Notes: a model not told the origin generated them from the letters alone. A stretch of 64,000 nt of DNA from Hypanus sabinus (GCF_030144855.1 NC_082731.1:25668001-25732000), one strand, 5' to 3'; counted from the stretch's first letter, positions 1 through 13,524 are shown. A program made the numbers and translations.

Positions 1-190
1 CTCAGATCAAGCCCTGAGCGTTCTTAAGTCGAATCGTGTACCGCCAGTGTTCATTGTCCACATAGTTACCAATGACATGGGTAGGACGAGCGACGTCGTT
101 CTGCATTGGGAGCTCAGGGAACTGTGTTAAAGGACAAAGCATTCAGAGTTGTGTTATCAGGATTTCTACCTATGCCACATGCAAGTGAGT
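1..190 (+). mobile_element. CR1-type LINE ORF1 (SGNH esterase-like) fragment, decayed
   Basis: Encodes a remnant of the VHVGTND...LKG...VVISG-L-P motif, seen more intact at 31414-31632; homologous to 19290-19500. Confidence 0.65.
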
Positions 191-269
191 TCAAATATAT
201 TAAGATCATACATTTTCACACATAGTTAATTTGTTGCTGTCAGAGGGTGGGCAGAAGATGTTTGTAACT

Positions 270-530
270 TTGAGCTCACTTTCTGCGAAGGTAGCCTCTG
301 TGTGTCCTTGAGCAAGGCACTTAACCACACATTGCTCGGCAACGAAACCGGTGCCAGGCTGTATACCAAATTCATCCCCTTCCCTTGGAAAGCATTGGTG
401 GCGTGGAGAGGGGAGACTTGCAGCTTGGCCGGTTTTCAATAAAAAAAACCTTGCCCCAGCTGGAGCCCTGGAAATATTTCAAGGTGCAAATCCATGGTCT
501 ATCGAGACTAACGGAGACCTACACTACACG
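270..530 (+). mobile_element. SINE-like element
   Basis: Contains gtgtccttgagcaaggcacttaacc, a motif typical of fish tRNA-derived SINE bodies; boundaries approximate. Confidence 0.45.
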
Positions 531-1029
531 CTAAAGCCCTCCCACTCACAAATTACACCATTGCATGAAAAAAAAAGAAATGCTTGTCGCAACCTCCCCT
601 TTGCCAGACCATTTCTGGTACCCGGAAAACTGACTTTCTCCAATTCTAAATTTCAACCGGCGGACCAGACATATTTTTTCCATATAGACTTAAGATCTTA
701 CTGTATTATTGTCACTGGATGCAAAGTTTTACCCTGCACAAAATTCTGTCACAGACAGAATCAACAGACTGATAAAAGACAGTTTCCTGAACTAATCTGG
801 ACAACTGCATCACATCTAATCCCTTTTACAGAATGAGATTCCCAAACAATATCTGGAAAGTTAACTATCAGCTACGATGTCTCGCTACGATGTTATGTCC
901 CTCTTCAGTTCAGGTGCAGGAAGTCCCTTCTGTGCAGGACCTACCTTCACAGTAAGGGAGCTGAGAGATCAAAAAATCTTATGTCCACCTTCATGCATAA
1001 TCTTCTTAACCACGTGTGAAAATGTATAG

Positions 1030-1430
1030 TCTTCCTATATTTGGCCTCACTTGCATGTGGCATGGGTGGAAATCCTCAGATCACAGCCCTGAATCCTTTA
1101 GTGAAACTCCTTGAGCTCCCCGTTTGAAACCTCGTCACTCCTCCTAACCATGTCATTGTTAACAAAGTGGACCATGAACTCTGGCTGTTCACGCTTCTAC
1201 TTAAGGACACTCAGGGGCTCCATCAGCTAAATCTCTGCCTTGGTATCAGGGCGGCAACATGCCATTCTGGAATCTCGTTTTTGCCCAGAGAACCGTATTT
1301 CCTTTTCCTTATGTAACGAATCCCCTTTTATGACAGCACGCCCCTGCTCTCCCCTTCGCTTCTCACTCACAGAGCCAGACTCTGCACGGGAGTATTCCCG
1401 ACTGTCGAGGATCAGTGGACTACTCTCAGT
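1030..1430 (-). mobile_element. CR1-type LINE ORF1 fragment
   Basis: Reverse complement matches 19080-19500 and the ORF1 region at 31300-31630. Confidence 0.65.
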
Positions 1431-1883
1431 ATAGACGCTTTAATTTGACCTGTTTGGGATGGGTGATCGAGCCAAGAACCGAACCACAATTTCTTAACTC
1501 CAGCCAATAAAGATCCCCGGGTCATTGAGGCATGCAGCCTCCAAGCCTTACGAAGTTTGTCGTCCTTTTGGAGGAAGAATAATGTTCAATATTTGATTCT
1601 AGCTATGCTACGGTTGATGTTTCAGCTGGACACAAAAGATTTGAAAAGCAGTTTCCAGGTTAAGAAAGCATAATGCGTTTTTCCCATGAACCATGTACTT
1701 ACGATTTCAATACAACAATATATCATTTGTTCTAATGACCCGCAACCTAATTCCGATTGTTAGTGGGAGTGGGTTATTCATGATGACTCTCGCTGATCTC
1801 AACATGCCACCATTATCACCACTACGAAAAGAGGTGGGATGATCAGTGATACTACAGATCAGGTTGTAATCTTTCAGCGCATG

Positions 1884-1907
1884 TCTATCTATCTAACTAT
1901 CTGTCAG

Positions 1908-1960
<53 letters not shown>

Positions 1961-1978
1961 TTATCTATTAATCTATAT
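1884..1978. repeat. (CTAT)n microsatellite
   Basis: Direct reading. Confidence 0.95.
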
Positions 1979-4924
1979 CTCTCTATATATAGTGTCATTT
2001 CTCTCTATTTGACCCCATCACTCTCTGTTTTTCCTCTTCTGTCACCTGCACGAATGGCTTTTGATCAATGTATAGTGTCTGGTGCACCACCATATCTGGA
2101 AGCCCTTTGCAGAAAGCCGCAGCCCAGTTTGTGGGATAATATCACTTATTTTTTTTTTATAACCAATCCCCAATAACTATATATTTTTGCCCTCTGGTTC
2201 TTATGTTCCGTGCCAAGGGAAAGAGGCTGTAGCTGTATCTACACGCCTCACAATTGCACAAACTTCACCAAAGTTAGAGTTGGCCTTCGTTGTTACAGTG
2301 AAAATAAATCAGCATATTTAACCACGTCACTCTTCCCATTTCAGGTGACAGGGGGAATCTATTCACAACTCCCGGAAACGCAAAAATAATTCACCCATCC
2401 ATTTGATATCTCTGAATTCCGTGATAACTGTACACACATGGTCGATCGCTCTAACTCGAACTTCAAAATACATCCCTGTAAACACAAAGATAAACACATC
2501 CATACATCAACTGCATGTGCCATGTTTTCGTGACACAGCTTGTGCTTCTTAACATTGGTAATGTTAAGGCGACAACCAGATGATCGCATAAACTTCATGC
2601 TATCCGCACTCCCACGTGATTTTGCAAACTTATACTGTTTGACCACCAAACTATAACCGTTCAGTTCACCCCATAAGGATAGTAACGCGGAATAATCGCA
2701 CTTGAACATGCCCGTTTCCACAGAGACAATCGTACCAAAAGGTACCATTTTCCCAAGTACAGCACCAGAGGCTTTGGATCCGGGAATTCTTGCCGAACCA
2801 TCAGTTCCTGTCTTCTGCGATCTTATTGTTTCCTCCACAAAGTCCCATCAAATTATCATCAATTCCAAAGACCAAGTTGGTAATTAAATTATTCGCTGAA
2901 AAAACATTGCATGTTGATGAACACTGGATCACCCGCCGGTATCCCACGTGGTCTTAAACAGAACTGAGTAAACTGATCAGACAACACCCGAGGTAATGAA
3001 CGAAACTGCTTGTTAGAGCTCCGAGATAACCGTGTTACAAGCTGCACTATTCGACCGTCTAATCAATTTTATTGTGGATAAAACTAATCATAGAATCAGC
3101 GAAACTTTATAGCACTGATCAAATCCAATTGGCTCAACAGGTACCGATATAAAGAGGACGCATCTACCCCCACTGATTGATATAGTAAGCGTGGCTTGTG
3201 TACAATTAGGGTTGATCTGCAAGGATTTATGCAGAGGAGGCCATAACTTTTAAAAGAAAATACGTTTTTGAATTGTGACAAAGGTGTTCGGTGTCAGGGT
3301 ACTATATTGAATACGATAAGATCACTGTTGATACACTGAACAGTAAGATCCATTGAAACTTGATGGATTGGATTTAAAGTTGGAAGGCAGAGTGCAGTGA
3401 TTCGGTGACTAATTTTGCTAACGACACATATATTGTGGTGTTTTGAATAACGAACTAGGTGACAAATGAACTCAACTGGGCATAAGCCACTTGGGCCGTG
3501 AACTTGGTGACAAGGTTTTAATCGGGACAGGCATGGGGGATTGCACTTGTGACGGTAAATCCGCCTGAGTACCATCAGAAATGTCAGCCACATTGGCACC
3601 GTTGAGGTGCTGAGTGTATGCCCGTGGCCATCTTCACTTTTGCAACCCAGTTGTGGTCCTAGACCTGATTTCTGCGTTATATCTGTGGACAGTTAGGCCA
3701 GACATGTTCCAATTTTTAGTCTTGATCATGGCGTTCACATGGCTTACTTCATGGTGCCCGGGGCTTTCTCTCTATTCTAAATATTGTCAGACATTCAAAT
3801 CCAAGGTGGAGGCTCAGAAATGTCATCACGCACAGATACACTGTTCAATGACACTTCATTGCTGCTTTCCGATTTTTTTTCTTTGATCAGACAGGGTTCT
3901 TAGCACAGCGCAGAACGCCCGATCCTGGAGGACCATTCTTAAAATGGCGTCTTTCGTTTGAACTCTCTGGAAAGATTGACACTAGCAAGACCCAAAACGC
4001 AATGTCCTGAGTCCATCTATCATCGATCAACAGAGCGTGGAAACCTCCAAACTATACGACAATATTGTTAACCTATAGGAAGAAACAAATAACTTTTGCC
4101 ATTCGGCTTCCTGCCATGGTGGGGTTGATGTTTCAGGTGAGTATAAACGGTCTGGAAAATTTCTCCAGTATTTCTCTAATCATTGATCCCTCAACCAGCA
4201 CAACAGAAAGCCTGATCTCTTTATACATCATTGGCGTATCAGAAGGGTTTTTATTTATGCAATTTGAGCTCACCCTTCCCTCCATGACAACAGTGGATAA
4301 ACTTTCCAAAGATCTTCATTTTTTGCAGAAACCAATCTGGTTTGTTCGAAAGTCATGAAAGTGCTAAGTGACTGCGAATCACTTTCTGAGAGGGGATAAT
4401 TTGTTTGATTGCTAATCTTATCAGAACAGTTTATCTCTGCGTGAGTATACAGGATTTAGTATACGCAAATCTGCCATCATTAGAGTGGATAAACAAGATC
4501 GCCCACTTTGCTGATCTGCGCATTCAATGCCCTCCACCGTGAACTTGCTTTCAATATCGGCCGTCTCTACAGCGGTTGTTCCCCAAATTACCCGGAGCGA
4601 AACATCCTTCCAGAACCATGGCTTTTGCTGCTCTTTAGTTGCAGCTCCAGAGCTCCTTGCATCAGACGACGGCGGAAGTAGGTCAAAGAGTTTTTCTAAA
4701 CCCGTGTTGAGTAGATGTGCCCAGGGCTTAGCATTAAAATAGATTTGTTATGTCTCTTAACAAGAACATTTCTCATCAGTATTTATTACACCTATTTCCA
4801 ACCAGGGGTCTGTGTTTAATATTGATTCTCCTGGTATGGGTACAGGCAGAAGATTGTGTGCTAATTATTTTAGTTGCTTAGTCCGTTTTCATACAGGGAC
4901 AAGTGTCCCTCAGATGCGCCGGAA

Positions 4925-5135
4925 AGGAGGATATCTGGCTGTTGCCTTGTTTGTCTTTGTCCCTGTTTCTCTGAGGGATATCTGACCACGTTTTAGTTGC
5001 AAATGTCCCCGACTCACAGGGGTCAGGCAGTGACTAGTTTTGTTCTGCCCCTGCCTTTCAGGGTGACAATTGTCCACTGAGAGTTGTCTCTTACTTTCTC
5101 TCTCAGAGGGTGACATTTGTCCACTGACTGGTGTT
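4925..5135 (+). repeat. Degenerate ~45-bp repeat array upstream of VH unit 1
   Basis: Repeated core CAG(A)GG-GATATC/GACATT-TGTCCACTGA at about 4926, 4971, 5058 and 5103; counterparts lie upstream of VH2 and VH3. Confidence 0.7.
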
Positions 5136-5534
5136 TTCTAGTCCCTGTCTCACTGTCTCACTGGAATACCTGAACTCATACTGGTGTCAGTTATCCGTCT
5201 CTACTGGGAGTCACCTTGTCTCCGTTTACACACACTGTTTCACGCTGGAATTGATGAATTGAATAGAGCGTGACAGATCGTCATTTTTGATCTGGTCATT
5301 ATCGCTGACCGGCCTCCTCTACAGAGACATGTGGCTAATTGAAAACTCTACTTGAGATGGGAACGGGAAACTACGCCTCTGGTTTCAGTGTGTGAGAGCC
5401 TGTTCAAGCTGCGATGCCCTCATTCATTCAGATCCGTTGTCTCCATTGAAATTGCGTTCACTGCGTCTCCTGATACAGCCGGCTGAACTGAAGTGCCAAT
5501 CTTAAAAGTGTCAAGTGTGTCAGTCCTCATAGTT

Positions 5535-6032
5535 ATGAATGTTATTTCACATCTCCGTCTAATCCTGTCTTGTAAGGCAGGTAAGTATAACGCAGCTTAT
5601 CGCGCACCAGAGGCCGAGAGTTTCTCGGAGGCTTTGTGATCCTAGGTCCGTGGAGCATTTTATTAATGACTGTTCTAGTTTTTTTATAATTTTCAGACCT
5701 TCAATCTGACATTGTGCTGAAACAGCCCGAGTCAGCAGTGGTAAACCTCCGACACCTCACAGACTTACGTGTGCATTCAGTGGGTTCAGCTTCAGAAGCT
5801 ATGACATGCATTGGATGAAACATGTTTCCGGGAAAGAACTGGAGTGGGAGGCGGTTTTAAGGGCGAGTGGTAGCAAGACGTTCGTGCCCGGAGTCCAAGG
5901 CCGACTTAAGATATCCAAGGACAGTTGCACCATTAATCTGCAAATGAACAGCCAGTAGCTGGACGACACCGCCACCTATTATTGGACAAGAGACATAGTG
6001 GTAGAGATCGCAACAGGACCGGAACAAAAGCC
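5535..6032 (+). pseudogene. IGHV: IgW-like VH pseudogene (VH1): leader 5535-5580, intron 5581-5696, V exon 5697-5993, 23-RSS 5994-6032
   Basis: Leader MNVISHLRLILSCKA with GT donor; DIVLKQPESAV...LTCAFSGFSFRSYDMHWMKHVSGKELEW...DDTATYYW; 1-nt deletion in FR1, TAG at 5956-5958, Cys104->Trp; RSS catagtg-23-acaaaagcc. Confidence 0.92.
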
Positions 6033-6378
6033 CAGTTAGAGCGCCTCCCATCATGATCGTCGAAGCTGGATTCAAGTCTTTCTGGGCACATTCGGTCCTC
6101 CATGCATTGGAAGATGGATTGTAAACGAGAAATCCTGAGAAGGGATAATAGATAGAAAGACTTAGTAGATCACCAGATCACATCTGATAGTAGCTGCGTG
6201 CCAAGCTCCGTGAGTGGAAATTTGGTCACTGGTCTAACTGGTCAAAGTCTGGGTCTTTGGTTTACACGTGACAGTAAATGATCAGGCTATGAGAAACATT
6301 GATGATCAAGGGTAATTTAGTCCTCAAGGTCGGTTTGACTGCGGAGTAATTGTGCTGGGAGATAGTGAGAGGCGCCTT

Positions 6379-6406
6379 GGTTTCCGCATGTCGGTACATC
6401 ACAGTC
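6379..6406 (+). other. 5' 12-RSS of D-like segment Da (unit 1), coding part disrupted by LINE insertion
   Basis: ggtttccgc-12-cacagtc; homologous to the uninterrupted copy at 13473-13524 (-). Confidence 0.5.
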
Positions 6407-6411
6407 CCTAC

Positions 6412-8480
6412 TATAGAAACATAGAAACATGGAAAACTTACAGCAGAATACCGGTCCTTTGGCCCACAAAGTTGTGTCAAGCATGTCCCTACATTTGAAA
6501 TTACTAAATTTACCTATAGTCCTCTATTTTTCTAAACTCCATGCACCTATCCAAAATTGTGTTCAAGTACCCTTCTTTAAGAGGCCCCATATAATGTCAA
6601 AACCTGGACTCTGTAATGTTAGTAACTGTAGAGTTCACATAGAACATAGAACAGTACAGCACTGCTCAGGCCCTTCGACCCAATATGTTGTGCGGACCCT
6701 TAAACCTCGCCTCCCATATAACCCCACCTTAAATTCCTATATGTGTCTAGTAGTCTCTTAAATTTCATTGGTTTATCTTTCTCCACCACTGACTCAAGCA
6801 GTGCATTCCACGCACAAACCACTCTCTGAGTGAAAAACCTTCCTCTAATATCCCCCCTTGAACTTATCTCACCTTACCTTAAAGCCGTGTCCTCCTGTAC
6901 TGAGCAGTGGTGCCCTGGGGAAGAGGCGCTGGCTGTCCACTCCACCTGTTTCTCTTAATATCTCGTACACCACTATCATGTCTCCTCTCATCCTCCTTCT
7001 CTCCAAAGAGTAAAGCCCTAGCTTACTTAATCTCTGATCATAAAGCATACTTTCAAAACCAGGTAAATCAGGCATCCTGGCAAATGTCCTCTCTACCCTT
7101 TTCAATGCTTCCACACACTTCCTATAGTAAGACAACGAGAACTGGACAGAGTACTCCAACTATGGCCTAATCAGAGATTTATAGAGATGCATCATTATTC
7201 GCTACTTTTAAACTCTATCCCTCGACTTATGAAAGGTAACACCCCATACGTTTTCTTAACTACCCTGTCTATCTGTGAAGCAACTTACAGGGATCTGTGG
7301 ACATGTACCCCCATATCCCTCTGCTGCTCCACACTACCAAGTATCCTGCCATTTAGTTTGTACTCTGCCTTGGTGTTTGTCCTTCCAAAGTGCACAAACT
7401 CACACTTCTAGCGGTTGAACCCCATCTGCCACTTCTCAGCCAACTTCTGCATCCTATCAATATCTTTCTGCAATCTTCGGAAATCCTCTACACTATCCAC
7501 AACACCAACAACCTTTGTATCGTCTGCAAACTTGCCGACTAACACTTGCACCCCCAATTCAGGTCGTTATTAAAATTACGAAAATTAGAGGCCGAAGAAC
7601 CGACCGTTGTGGGACACCACAAGTCACAACCCTCCAATGCGAATGTACTCCCTCCACCACGACCCTCTGTTTTCTGCGGGTAAGTCAATTCCGAATCCAT
7701 CTGGCCAAATATCCCTGAATCCCATGCCTTCTGGCTTTGAGAATAAGCCTACCGTGTGGAAGCCTTTGAAATGCCGAAATAAAATCCATCTAGATCACAT
7801 CCACTGCACTACCCTCATCTTTATGTCTAGTTAAATCCTCAAAGACTCTATCAGGCTTCTTGGACACGATTTGTCCTTCACAAAGCGATGGAAACTGTCC
7901 CTGATCAGGCCATGACTCTCTAAATACCCACAGATCATATCTCTATGAATCTTTTCGAACAGCTTTCCCACCACAGACGTAAGGCGCATTGGTCTATAAT
8001 TACCCGTACTGTCCCTACTAACTTTTGAGAACAGGGTTACACATTCGCATCCCTCAAATAATCAGGTACCATCCCGTGGACAACAAGGACATAAGGATCC
8101 TAGCCAGAGGCTCAACAATCTCTTTCCTTGCCCCATGGAGCAGCCTAGGGAATATTCCATCAGGCCCAAGGGAATTATCCATTCTGATGTATTTAAACAA
8201 TTCCAACAGCACCTCTCCCTTGATATCAACGTGGTCCAGACCATCAACCTCACTCATATTTTCGTCACCATCATCAAGTTCCCTCTCATTGGTGAATATC
8301 GAACAGAAGCGTTCTTTGAGGACCTTGCTCACTTCCACAGTCTCCAGGAACAGTTTCCCAGCTTTTCTGTAATCGGTCCTACCTTCACTCCAGCAATCCA
8401 TTTGTTCTTCACATTATTGGATAATGCGTTGTGGTTTTCCTTTACCCTGCTCGTCAAGGCCTTCGCATACCCCCTTCTTG
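6412..8480 (-). mobile_element. 5'-truncated CR1-type LINE (RT and 3' end) plus a second short LINE 3' end
   Basis: ORFs 8054-8401 and 6869-7159 (ERTFARMPDLPGFESMLYDQRLSKLGLYSLERRRMRGD); (CATAGAA) tails at 6412 and about 6636; absent from the inverted copy. Confidence 0.9.
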
Positions 8481-8719
8481 CTGATTAGAGGCTGGGTGCA
8501 AGAGATGGCCTCCATCTCCAAGCGCATATCTGACACAACATAACTCTGTAGGTTGGGTTCTTCGAGCGCTCCACCAACTTTACCCTGGAAGCCATGGATG
8601 TATCTCAAATCCCGAAAGGATAATCTGGGAATGAGTCTAAGTTCCATTGGAGATGTGTTCGGAAGGGAACGAAATACAGAGGAGCAGCTGTCAGTGGAAG
8701 ACTAGTGAAAAGTCCCGTT

Positions 8720-8772
8720 GGTTTGTATCCTTTCGACTTCTACTGTGATGGCCGAGATTAACACCCAGAGTG
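8720..8772 (+). other. D-like segment Db (unit 1), decayed
   Basis: ggtttgtat-12-tactgtg, then short coding and cagagtg; homologous to 13177-13252 (-) and 26935-26987. Confidence 0.45.
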
Positions 8773-8856
8773 TGAAACTTTATGAGATTATGAAAGATTT
8801 ATGAGGCCGCTGGCCTGGTTGGATGTGATATATACCAACTGAGACTTGCGGTAAAG

Positions 8857-8899
8857 AACCGTGTTACGCACCACTGCGGTGGGGAACTGACCAGAAACT
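8857..8899 (+). other. D-like segment Dc (unit 1)
   Basis: aaccgtg|TTACGCAC|cactgcg-12-ccagaaact; homologous to 13047-13110 (-) and 27065-27128. Confidence 0.45.
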
Positions 8900-9639
8900 A
8901 TTCCCGGGAAATGACGTCTGCGTCCATGAATTCCCATTGCTGCTTCCCAGAGTCATCCCCCTGAGGCCTGATTCGGAGAACGAAGGGAAACATCAATTTC
9001 TGTGCGAGGAATTTCTGAAACGATTCTATGTTGTTTCTCGGGGTTGGCGGGGGCATATGTCCGTAGACGGAAATCTGGAAAAATGACATGAAGGGCCAAG
9101 CTCGGAGATTAGGATGGATATCCAGGACGTGGCAGTTCCAGGATTGAACAGTTTAATGTTGACCGATAACAGAGGTAATTGGATGTTACAGGCAAAGTTA
9201 ACGTCCCGATTAATAGTATGCTATATGCATTTCTTTCAGTCTGTTCTGCTTTTAGCATATTTGGCTTTGAGTTAAACGTATGGAGTTTTTTTTTGCTCAA
9301 CATACGAATGTTGCGGCAGCCAATCAGGATTGTGGAATTTTGAGAAGGTTGAGGAGAACATGAGCGGAGAGGTTTCCATGATGGACGCTGATGTGGGTCG
9401 AGAACTTTTTGATGGGAACTGGAAGAAGACAGAAGGAAATAGAGCTGATGATACCAACCCTATCGCCTAGGTGCTGGTGCATGCAATGGCTTCAAGGAGG
9501 AAAGACTTCTTCTCCCGTGGGAGAAACTCTTTGTTTGAGGTGGATGTCGAGCTGCATTCGAATGGTTGTGTGTGCCTTCATGCGGACAGTGAGTCAGGCG
9601 TGGCAGTTAAAGTCAACTTCAAGATGAGCTTTAATTTAG

Positions 9640-9770
9640 AAATACAAAGGGCTCCGGATAACAGTAGGTAATTTCTGAAGTAAGTGCATGTAGAGCATAG
9701 CAATATGGGCCAAAGTGAATTTATTGTGATGTAGCTTTTCTATGTTGCTATGTTTTCTATATTTATGTGC
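9640..9770 (+). mobile_element. LINE 3' tail fragment
   Basis: ...ggtaatttctgaagtaagt...atgggccaaag...ttttctatgttgctatg, typical CR1 3' end; mirrored at about 12160-12290 (-). Confidence 0.6.
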
Positions 9771-11216
9771 AGATTTGGACTGGGTTAAATGAAATGGAAC
9801 ATTTTTAAAAATGTTTATTTATTTTATTTCTTTTTCCTAATTACTATTCGAGGGACTAACGAACCGCACCACTAGAGACTCCAGTAAAATTTGACGTCGC
9901 AAACGAAGCTATTGCTTTTGTTTATGCTGAAACTGAACAGTTCGATTGTCTTGCCTACTGCCGCAAATAAACCTCAGTAACAGTGACTTCCGAATTCCAT
10001 TGTCGCTCAGTTGCATTTTGCGATTTTCCAGTTTTGACAACTTCAGTAATTCACCTGATATAGCAACTACATGAATCTCCCCGAAAAGGCGGGTTGTTCT
10101 AAGAGCCAGAATATACACAATAAGGGGATTGTATAAGGTTACGTTCTCCATGACACTGGTGAACTGGTCACACTCACACAGCAGGCTGCAGCGGAACATA
10201 ATCCGACCTCGTCAGTAGACTTCGTTTCGACAGCAACTGATTGTGCTGAGTTAGTTTACTCTTGATTAATTTCTGAGTTCCTATACTCAGCAGCAACTCA
10301 AACTACGTTCAAGGATGGGGCATTAAAGTGCATTTGAACTAGGTTCTGTCAGTGATAACAATGAATTAGCTCCGTGCCAAATTACTGGAATTAGGGTTTC
10401 CTGTCGGATGACTTCATATTAAAGGTAAAGGGACTAAGACATAATCTGAAGGAAATGTTGATGTCTAAATATCTCCTCCGTACAGGTGGAAGGTACTATC
10501 ACACAGTGTTCAGCGTAAGGTTTGTCGCAGGATACAGCAAAACATATACCAGGATTAATGGATGGCAATGTGATATTAGTTTCATTATCTGATGGGTGAA
10601 GAGGTTCTGTACGATAGGATTATCGTGAGAAGATGTCTGCGGGTATCAGGAAAATGAATACGAGAATTAACGCACCTTTCATTCATATATTCCAGGAAAC
10701 TTTGAGTTGGTAGGTGGGGGAAAAGAGGTATTGCAGGGGCTGTGGGCAGAAAGCCTTTCAAGTCAATAATGCGTAATGGGGCGCATTTTAGGGCACGCTT
10801 TTCATGAACAGTCGTCATGCGAAACACTGCATGAATGGTCGTGTTTTCCAATATTGCACGTATGTGGGCAATAGGAGGAAATCCGCCATTTGTAACGATA
10901 CAGGGATAGTCTAATGGGTTAATTGGATATGGTCAGGGAAAGCGCAGGCGATTTCAGATGAATGGCTTCACAGTCTGCTCAGTTACATTCGCTGGAACTG
11001 TTATTTATCATGTAAATCTGGGAAATCCTTCGTCAACGACATTCTGTCAAGCAACATCAATGAGGCAGAACATGGGTTAAATGCGGATTGCAGCTTATAT
11101 ACAGTGTCTTTGCAGCCACGGATTAGTTACAACGTTCCTTCTGCACTGTCCACATCCAGCCCGGACAGATTCAACAGGGATTAGACACAAAGTGAAGCTT
11201 CCCCTAACCTATCTCA

Positions 11217-11217
<1 letters not shown>

Positions 11218-11276
<59 letters not shown>
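11218..11276. repeat. (CA)n microsatellite
   Basis: Direct reading. Confidence 0.97.
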
Positions 11277-11278
<2 letters not shown>

Positions 11279-13046
11279 GCGCGCGGTATATGAGGGGAAA
11301 TTTACTGTTCAAACGAACTGTTTATATTCCATTCACAGACAGGCGAAACATAATGATTTCTCGTCCTACTTCGTCCTCGACTCGGTTTATTAAACAAGTA
11401 ATTTCCTAGGTTAACCGGTGTTACTGCTCTTACCCCTGAGAAAGGTTTCACTGGTAACGTAATTGTCTTTCTGTTGAGAACCGATTGTAGAATTCTACCG
11501 GGTAGAGGACCGGGATTCGAGGGAGGAACGTGTCGGTAAATACATATTGCTTCTGATAGGGTTGAGCTCCCAGTAGTGAACATATCACTGTTTCATTGTA
11601 ATAGGTCCCTTCGGTTTTTTTTTATTACTTTTTTTTAATATACATTTAGCTAATTTAAGATTCATTAAAATATTTCCTTTAACCGTTCGCATTCAATTGT
11701 AACAGTGTAGCAAATAACCAAGCATCCATACGAATTGAAGTCTGGAGTAAGAGATCCGCCTCAATCGCACGGGTTTGGCGATAGCGTAGTGTGTATTCCC
11801 TTGACTTACGTAGCCCAAGAAAATCGAGGATGGGAAGGACGAATTCGTGTAGTTGCTATGTCAGGCGAAACACAGAATTCGTCAAAACCGTAAATTTGTA
11901 AACTACAAATTAGTGACAATGGAATTCGGACGTCACTGTTACCGAGGTTTATTCGCACTAGTAGCCGAGGTAGTCGTACTGCTCAGTGTTGCCACTCACG
12001 AAAAGTAACAGCTTCGCTTGTGACAGCACTTTTTACTGGTCGTCTCTGGAGATGCGGCTCGTTAGTCCCTTGAACTAAGAGTAGAGAAAAGAAAATAAAA
12101 ACTAAACTTTAAAAAGTTCCATTACATTTAACTAAGTCCAAACCTACACATAAACAGAGAAAACAGAAGCATAGAAAAGCAACAGCACAATAAATGCACT
12201 AGTGCCCATATTGCTGTGCCGAACATGTACATACATTAGAAATTGCCTAGGGTTACCCATAGACCTCTATTTTTTCCAAAATTGAAGCTCATCTGGAAGT
12301 TGTCTTAAACTGCCACGCTGGACTCACTTTCTGCGTGAAGGTACACACCGCCATTCGAATGTCGCTCGATATCCACGTCGAAGAAACTGACCCTGCCACG
12401 GGAGTATAAATCCTTCCTCCTTGAAGCCATTCTTTTGCAATAAACACCTGTGCAAAAGGGATGGTATCATCATCTGTCTTCCCTCTGTCTTCTTCGAGGT
12501 CTCGTCAAAAACAACTCGACCCACATCAGTGTCAGTCAGGGGCACCTCTCCGGTCACGTTCTCCAAACATTTTCACAATTCCGCCATCCTGATTGGCTGA
12601 CACAACACTCCTACGTTGAACAACAAAATCTACAGCCCTTCAACTCAAAGGCAAATATGCTAATAGCAGAACAGACGGTTCTTTCAAAGCTACCAAAAGA
12701 AATGCTCATAGCATAACATTATTTTGGACGTTACTGTTGCCTGTAACATCCAATTAACTCTGGCTCAGTAAGGAAGAAACTGTTCCGATCTGAATCTTCA
12801 CCATACTGGATTTCCTTCCCAATCTCCGAGCTTGGTCTTCATGCCATTTTCAGAGATTTCCATCTCCGGCTTTATGCTCCCTCCAATCACGAGAAACAAA
12901 GTGGAATACTTTCGGAAATTTCACGCTCAGAAATGGATTTTGTGTCCGTTAGTAAGCCGAATCAAGCCTTTGAGAGAGGACTCTGGGAAGCAGTAGTGTG
13001 AATTCATGAATCCGGACTGCGCCGCAGAAGTTCATTTCACGGGATT

Positions 13047-13110
13047 AGTTTCTAGTCAGCTCCCCACCTCCGTTGTCCATAACACACCTCTTCACGGCAA
13101 GTCGCAAACG
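13047..13110 (-). other. D-like segment Dc (unit 2)
   Basis: Minus strand: cgtttgcga-12-aggtgtg|TTATGGAC|aacggag-12-ctagaaact. Confidence 0.45.
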
Positions 13111-13176
13111 GCCTTTATCACATCCAACCCGAAGTCCAGAGGATCCCAAAGCCCGCCAGCGGCCTCATAAACCTTC

Positions 13177-13252
13177 CCTTTCTTTGCGGGTGTCTCACAC
13201 TGTGGGTCTTAATCTAGTCCATCCCAATCCCGAAGTCGAAAGGATAAAAACC
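13177..13252 (-). other. D-like segment Db (unit 2)
   Basis: Minus strand: ggtttttat-12-degenerate heptamer, about 18-20 nt coding, cacagtg-12-aaagaaagg. Confidence 0.45.
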
Positions 13253-13472
13253 AAATGACTTTTCACTTTGCTTCCACGGTCAGATGCTCCTCGGTATGTC
13301 GTTCGCTTCCGAACACATCTCCATTGGAACTTAGACACACTCCCAGATTATCCTCTGGGGATATGATTCATATCCATGGCTTCCAGGGTAAAGTTGATGG
13401 AAGCACGCGAAGAGCACAATTACAGATTTATGTTGTGGTAGATATGCGCAAGGAGAGAGGAGCTATCTCTTG

Positions 13473-13524
13473 CACTGTGCCACACAGTATAGCAGCGTCT
13501 GTGATGTACCATCATACGAAAACC
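13473..13524 (-). other. D-like segment Da (unit 2)
   Basis: Minus strand: ggttttcgt-12-cacagac|GCTGCTATACTGTGTGG|cacagtg; no clear 3' nonamer. Confidence 0.5.

Noticed and set aside
351-836. 161-aa plus-strand ORF
   Set aside because: Spans a SINE-like element and repeat remnants; no domain signature.
2359-2838. 159-aa minus-strand ORF
   Set aside because: Not conserved as an ORF in the mirrored arm (about 17800-18230); lies within decayed LINE-like sequence.
2880-4740. Possible ancient L1/Tx1 endonuclease and RT remnants shared by the duplicated units
   Set aside because: Motif similarity is too weak to classify by eye; needs a profile search.
9610-9690. J-like string (...CTC CGG ATA ACA GTA G|GTAAT; TTTTGGAAAA in the mirror copy)
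   Set aside because: Matches the LINE 3' tail (gagcttagaaaaatagagggctatgggtaaccctagg); no RSS.
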